Shown: positions 27,288 through 33,438 of the stretch, one piece after another
Layout of the letters: each line of letters begins with the position of its first letter
Numbering within the stretch: position 1 is the first letter of the stretch
Assembly: GCA_002269645.1 (NCBI GenBank)
Contig: NIVC01001026.1
Span: forward strand, 1-33,438
Source: Macrostomum lignano
Lineage: Eukaryota
Reading direction: 5' to 3'
Length of the DNA: 33,438 bases
The notes under the pieces: generated by a model
Seen by the model: only the letters and a program-made list of their open reading frames with translations
The model's database searches: none
Told to the model about the DNA's origin: nothing
Translations under genes and position numbers: made by a program

Positions 27288-30200
27288 ATGGATGATTTAT
27301 CGCCCGACTCTGACTCAAACCAGTACGATTCAGAGCCCAGCTCCTACCCGCCGCCACAGTCCGTTGGCGGGCAGCTGTCTATGCTTAATACAGCGCTAGT
27401 GGACACCAACAGGAATTTGAGGTCTATCGATAAACTCATGGCATTGTACAGAAATACCACTGATCGGCAGGCTGCAGATATGAATCGGGTGAGGCGAGCA
27501 TTATACTCTTAACTTATCAAGCACCAAATTTAGTAATAAAAATTGTCTGCCTCAGTAGCTTTCTACACTTTTTTTAAAAAACAAAGCATCCTGTCCTACA
27601 TATAGAAATCCGAGTCGAAAATCTAAAAACGCCATTGTAGCCGATTCACTAATCGTACATTTTACTTTTAGTAGAGTAGAGTGTTTTGAAAATGTTTCGT
27701 TGCTTATTATTTTCATGTTGCAGAAATAACCTAGATAGCTCCATAGCAATAAGTGATCTTTGTAGCTTGTAGCACAACACATTCCCTAGCAAGTGATAAC
27801 CATCCGTCATGTTTCTTCTCGTTTAAAAGCTCAAGGAGGACCTGCACCGAGTCACCAGCGAGGTCCGACTGGCCAGTCGTCTCGGCCAGCAGACGCCCTA
27901 CGCGTCCAGCCCGAACGTCGCGACAGCGGCGGCGGCCTCGTCTGCCATGGATCCGGGCAGCCACATGCGCCGCGCCTCCTCTGTTCGGTTTCTGAACGGC
28001 GCCGGGGCGGGCGGCGCTGGCAGTACCGAGGAGCTTCATGAGGTGCACCAGCGGCTGCGCGACCTCGGCACCGAGCAGAGCCGACTGCGCGAGGAGCTCC
28101 GCTTGAAACCGTCGCCAGATGAGGCCCGCCTGCTCCGCGAGGAGCTCGACCGGGTACGCGCCGCTGAACGAGCGCCGAGCCCGCGCGCCACCTCCCGGGA
28201 GGTGCAGCAGCGCTTGGCGGAGGCCAGCGAGGAGCTTCGCCAGGAACGGCATCGTCTTGGAGGCGGCGGTGGCAGCGGCGGTGAAGAAACCTCCGCGGCG
28301 GCGTTCGGCCGCCATGGTGGCGGCACCGGCCTGCGCCTGTCGGAGTCGCTGCGCGCCGCGCTGCACGACCTGACCCAGCGGCGCCACGGGTCCGCCACGC
28401 CGCCACCGCTGCCAACAACTCCAGGCGGGCCGCCGATGCCGCCGCCCCGCCGCCGGGCCTCTCGCCGGAGGAGGTCCTATTCCGCTCCAGGGTCGACGAG
28501 TTGGAAGCGGCGAAGTCGTCGGCCGAGGAGGAGCTAGAGGCGGCGCGAAACCGGGTGCGGGAGGCGGAGGGCGCCAGGAACTGTCTGTCGAACGAGCTGG
28601 AGGAGTACAAGGCGCTGTTCTGCCGCGTCGAGTCGGAACGGCGCGCTTTGGAGACGCGAATTCAGGAGCTGTGCCAGGAGTTCGAGTCCAAGGAGAAAGC
28701 GCTGCGCGCTCAGGGTGAGGGCTGAGTTTGGGGATCCATTGCCCTTACCTGGCCACTCAGTCTGGTTCTAAATTAAATTTGAAATTTCGGCGCGTGCATT
28801 TCCAGATCCTTAGGCTAAACAGCCAGTCTTCCAGATCCTCAGTCTAAGCAGTCAGCTTCCCAGATCCTCAGGCTGAGCAGCCAGCCCCCCAGATCCTCAG
28901 ACTAAGCAGTCAGCCTCCCAGATCCTCAGGCTGAGCAGTCAGCCTCCCAGATCCTCAGGCTGAGCAGCCAGCCCCCCAGATCCTCGGGCTGAACAGCCAG
29001 CCTCCCAGATCCTCAGACTAAGCAGTCAGCCTCCCAGATCCTCAGGCTGAGCAGTCAGCCTCCCAGATTCTCAGGCTTAGCAGCCAGCCCCCCAGATCCT
29101 CAGACTGAGCAGCCAGCCTCCCAGATCCTCAGGCTGAGCAGCCAGCCTCCCAGATCCTCAGGCTGAGCAGCCAGCCTCCCAGATCCTCAGGCTGAGCAGC
29201 CAGCCTCCCAGATCCTCAGGCTGAGCAGCCAGCCCCCCAGATCCTCGGGCTGAACAGCCAGCCTCCCAGATCCTCAATTGCTTGGCGCCAGTACACGTCA
29301 AAATTCTTAGGCTCGGTAAACAACAAGTTTAACAACTTTTAAATTCTGCATCTCACCCTCTGCGCCAACAACAGAGGAGCGCAGCCTGTCCACTGAGAAG
29401 TCCCGCTACGCCGAGGAGGCCGTCGAGCTGCGGGCCCGCCTGTCCCGCTCGGTGCCGCTGGCAGAGATTGAAGAGGAGCGAAGGAATCGCGAACGAGCCG
29501 AGCGACAGCGCGACGATCTGCAGAAGCAGAACGCCAGCCTGCAGAGCCAGTTCGACGATCGGAGCGCCCAGCTGCGCCGCGCAGCCGATGAGGCGCGCGC
29601 CGCGGGAGACCGGCTGGCTCAGGAGGAGCGGCAGCATCGGGAGGCGCAGCGACGCGTCGAGGCAGCCGAGCGGGAGCTGCGCGAGCACCGAGTTCAAGCC
29701 GAGGCGGAGCAGGAGCGGGCGGCAGTTGCTGAACGAGAGGCGCGCAGCCTCAGGTAAAATTTGCGCTGTTGGACTCGATTCTGATTCTTGCCGATGCAAG
29801 TTATGATATAATTAGAGCCTAATGGACAGATGTGCAACCGACAGCTCAGCCGCAGCTATTGCGCGGCGCATCTGAAGGCTGCGTACGGCTATTCAGTCCA
29901 AGGACTGGGGGGTCGCCACACAGACCCTCAATTACCCCAGCTAATGCTGGCACCCATTTTACAGCTGGGTGAACTGAAGCAATGCAGAGTTAAGTGTGCT
30001 GCTCAAGGACACAAATTGTTCCGAGTGAGGTCAAGAATCGAACCCCCGACCTTCAGTCGTGAGTTCAACGTTCTAATCACTAGGCTACAACCCCCTCCGC
30101 AAAGTGCAAGTTTAGGATGCACTTTTCCTAAAATTCAATTCCACTAAACTTAACTCACTAAATGCTCAAGAGTGAATAACCGGGAATCGGGATGCTGAGA

Positions 30201-32804
30201 TGCCAAAGCTCAATGGAAGGTGCTGATATATTTAAGTCACAATAGTGAACTTTAGAGGGCTCTCAGCAAAGCATCAATTTAAGCGCCATACCTATAGAAA
30301 CCTTAGTCTGTAGGACCAGTTTTCGGCGCGAATTCAACTGCTCCAGACGGAGCTCCATTGCTAAATGAATACTTTCAACGAACGCTATTTCCAGATCTGA
30401 GCTGGCCGAGGAGCGGAACCGGGCCGAGTCTCGGGCCCGCGAATTCCAGGAGCTGACGGAGGCGGCCAAGCGCGACTCACTGCGGCTGTCTGAGAGCAAC
30501 AGCGACAGCAGCAGCCGGGCGCAAAGGCTCAATGGCGAGCTGGAGGCGACGCGCAGGCAGCTGGCTGCGCACCAGGTAAAAATCTGCAACTAGAGATCAG
30601 CTACTGATAGTAGGAATTCAGGAATTTCACTATGTATAAATCGCTCCATTGTGCACAGATGTCGGTACAGCTTTGGCCAAGAGACAATGTTTTTCAAGCT
30701 AGATTGTTCCGAGAGAAAATACTAATAAAACCCTTAATGATTGGTTAGGCTACAGTCCACTCACAGCCAAGGAGAAGGCAAGCAGTCGTGCCCCTTTTCA
30801 GCTGCCCTGACTTTCTTGTATGGTCATGAATGTACAGTCTCTGTAACTTGGGCTGGGAGAAGATTTTGAATAATCAATTTTCAACAACTTTAAGAAATTC
30901 AATTGTCTCAACCCTTTCAATTTTTTAACGCCAAAATACAGGCGCAGACGGAGGTAATGCGCAAGGAGCTTGAGAATCTGCTGGCCACCACAGTGAAGCA
31001 AGAGTCGCAGCTCGCCCAGCGCGAGGCGGAGGCTGACCAGCTCAGGCAGGACAAGTACCAGCTGCGCGAGGAGCTCAACTCGGCTAGAAAGGACGCCGAT
31101 AAGTTCCGGTGAGAGATGCGTGAGGGATCATCTCCGGTGTGGTGGATCAGTGAAGGATCTTTTCCGGTGTTGTGGATCAGTTAGGGATCTTTTCCGGTGT
31201 GGTTGGTCAGTGAGGGATCTTTTCCGGTGTGGTTGGTCAGTGAGGGATCTTTTCCGGTGTGGTTGGTCAGTGAGGGATCTTTTCCGGTGTGGTTGGTCAG
31301 TGAAGGATCTTTTCTGGTGTGGTGGATCAGTGAGGGATCTTTTCCGGTGTGGTTGGTCAGTGAGGGATCTTTTCCGGTGTGGTTGGTCAGTGAGGGATCT
31401 TTTCCTGTGTGGTTGGTCAGTGAGGGATCTTTTCCGGTGTGGTGGGTCAGTGAGGGATCATTTCCGGTGTGGTGGATCAGAGAGGTGCCACAGGGATGCA
31501 GTGGCTCAGTGCGAGGTGCCACAAGGATGCAGTGGCTCAGTGCGAGGTGCCACAAGGATGCAGTGGCTCAGTGAGGTGCCACACGGATGCAGTGGCTCAG
31601 TGAGGTGCCACAAGGATGAAGTGGCTCAGTGAGGTGCCACACGGATGCAGTGGCTCAGTGAGGTACCACAAGGATGCAGTGGCTCAGTGCGAGGTGCCAC
31701 AAGGATGCAGTGGCTCAGTGCGAGGTGCCACAAGGATGCAGTGGCTCAGTGAGGTGCCACAAGGATGCAGTGGCTCAGTGAGGTGCCACAAGGATGCAGT
31801 GGCTCAGTGAGGTGCCACAAGGATGCAGTGGCTCAGTGAGGTGCCACACGGATGCAGTGGCTCAGTGAGGTGCCACAAGGATGCAGTGGCTCAGTGCGAG
31901 GTGCCACAAGGATGCAGTGGCTCAGTGAGGTGCCACAAGGATGAAGTGGCTCAGTGCGAGGTGCCACAAGGATGCAGTGGCTCAGTGCGAGGTGCCACAA
32001 GGATGCAGTGGCTCAGTGAGGTGCCACAAGGATGCAGTGGCTCAGTGAGGTGCCACAAGGATGCAGTGGCTCAGTGAGGTGCCACAAGGATGCAGTGGCT
32101 CAGTGAGGTGCCACAAGGATGCAGTGGCTCAGTGAGGTGCCACACGGATGCAGTGGCTCAGTGAGGTGCCACAAGGATGCAGTGGCTCAGTGCGAGGTGC
32201 CACAAGGATGCAGTGGCTCAGTGAGGTGCCACAAGGATGAAGTGGCTCAGTGCGAGGTGCCACAAGGATGCAGTGGCTCAGTGAGGTGCCACAAGGATGC
32301 AGTGGCTCAGTGAGGTGCCACAAGGATGCAGTGGCTCAGTGAGGTGCCACAAGGATGCAGTGGCTCAGTGAGGTGCCAGATTCCTAGTTTCCACTTTTCT
32401 CTCTGCCCAGGTTCGACTGTGAGTCCCGGGATCACGCGCTAAACGCTAACCGGGAGTCAGCGCCCGCCTCGAAGAGCGCCTGACATCCGCCGAGTGCCGG
32501 TGCTCGAGCCTGGAGGAGCAGCTCAAATCGTTGCAGACGGAGGCCCGCTCTCTGCAGCGGGAGCGCGGCGAGCTGCAGGCTCTGTGCGCCGACCTCACGG
32601 CTGGCGACACAGGCCAGCAGGCAGCAGGCTGAGGAGGCCGCCAAGCGCAACGCCACCTTAGCCAAAGAAAAGGAGGCCCTGCTCCGCCAGCTCGGTCAGG
32701 AGCGTCGGGACAAGGAGGAACAGCTGGCCGAAATTCGGCGACATCTGGCCACCGCGCAGGAGACCGCCAGGCAGGCGCACCGGGAGAAGCGAGAGCGGAT
32801 TCAG
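27288..32804 (+). CDS. CEP128: CEP128-like centrosomal coiled-coil protein, continuing beyond the window. Exons 27288-27488, 27830-28714, 29375-29753, 30395-30575, 30942-31108, 32411-32804; frame breaks in exons 2 and 6.
   Basis: LNTALVDTNRNLRSIDKLMALYR...|LKEDL and SSVRFL...LHEVHQRLRDLGTEQSRL resemble the CEP128 N-terminus as I recall it (TLQDTSRNLRQVDQMLGRYR, GVRF...LHGFHQSLRDLSSEQIRL). The rest is E/R/A/L-rich heptad coil. GT-AG phases 0, 1, 2, 0, 2 are consistent. Confidence 0.75.
28801..29277. repeat. ~29-bp minisatellite in CEP128-like intron 2
   Basis: Unit cagcctcccagatcctcaggctgagcag(c/t), about 16 copies. Confidence 0.95.
29818..30095 (-). mobile_element. Same SINE family, copy 3 (CEP128-like intron 3)
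   Basis: Reverse-complement match to 8504-8781, from the GGGGGTTGTAGCCTAGT head to the ccattagg tail. Confidence 0.85.
31120..31478. repeat. 30-bp minisatellite, ~12 copies, at the start of CEP128-like intron 5
   Basis: Unit gagggatcttttccggtgtggttggtcagt. Confidence 0.95.
31480..32378. repeat. 29/31-bp minisatellite, ~30 copies, filling the rest of CEP128-like intron 5
   Basis: Unit gaggtgccacaaggatgcagtggctcagt(gc). Confidence 0.95.
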
Positions 32805-32819
32805 GTAGGCTAGTAGGGA

Positions 32820-33425
32820 CTGAGTCACTCTGCACTCCTCACCACCTGGCCGATGGAATTGGGTCACTCTGCACTCCTCACCACCTGCCTGATGGAATTG
32901 GGTCACTCTGCACTCCTCACCACCTGCCTGATGGAATTGGGTCACTCTGCACTCCTCACCACCTGGCTGATGGAATTGGGTCACTCTGCACTCCTCACCA
33001 CCTGGCTGATGGAATTGGGTCACTCTGCACTCCTCACCACCTGGCTGATGGAATTGGGTCACTCTGCACTCCTCACCACCTGGCTGATGGAATTGGGTCA
33101 CTCTGCACTCCTCACCACCTGCCTGATGGAATTGGGTCACTCTGCACTCCTCACCACCTGGCTGATGGAATTGGGTCACTCTGCACTCCTCACCACCTGC
33201 CTGATGGAATTGGTCACTCTGCACTCCTCACCACCTGCATGATGGAATTGGGTCACTCTGCACTCCTCACCACCTGGCTGATGGAATTGGGTCACTCTGC
33301 ACTCCTCACCACCTGCCTGATGGAATTGGGTCACTCTGCACTCCTCACCACCTGCCTGATGGAATTGGGTCACTCTGCACTCCTCACCACCTGGCTGATG
33401 GAATTGGGTCACTCTGCACTCCTCC
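32820..33425. repeat. 39-bp minisatellite, ~15 copies, CEP128-like intron 6
   Basis: Unit gggtcactctgcactcctcaccacctg(g/c)ctgatggaatt. Confidence 0.95.
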
Positions 33426-33438
33426 ATCAAGTTTTCCA

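Overview
Eukaryotic (metazoan) genomic DNA with GC-rich exons and GT-AG introns; it is not prokaryotic. The style resembles the flatworm Macrostomum, but this is inference only. Four spliced genes: PI4KB-like (minus strand, runs off the left edge), SEC31 (minus, complete), BCAT (plus, complete) and CEP128-like (plus, runs off the right edge). Mobile DNA: three copies of a tRNA-headed CORE-like SINE, a full-length dead mariner with TIRs and TA duplication, a Penelope-like RT relic, and two weaker relics. The most striking structure is 13 minisatellite arrays from 12 unit families. Twelve lie inside introns, while about 10 kb of intergenic DNA has only one. Some arrays change into each other, one seems seeded from its splice junction, and one family recurs at three loci. 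Three of the four genes have reading-frame breaks (six in total), several at homopolymers, so long-read consensus error is more likely than pseudogenisation. Homolog comparisons are from memory, not database searches.
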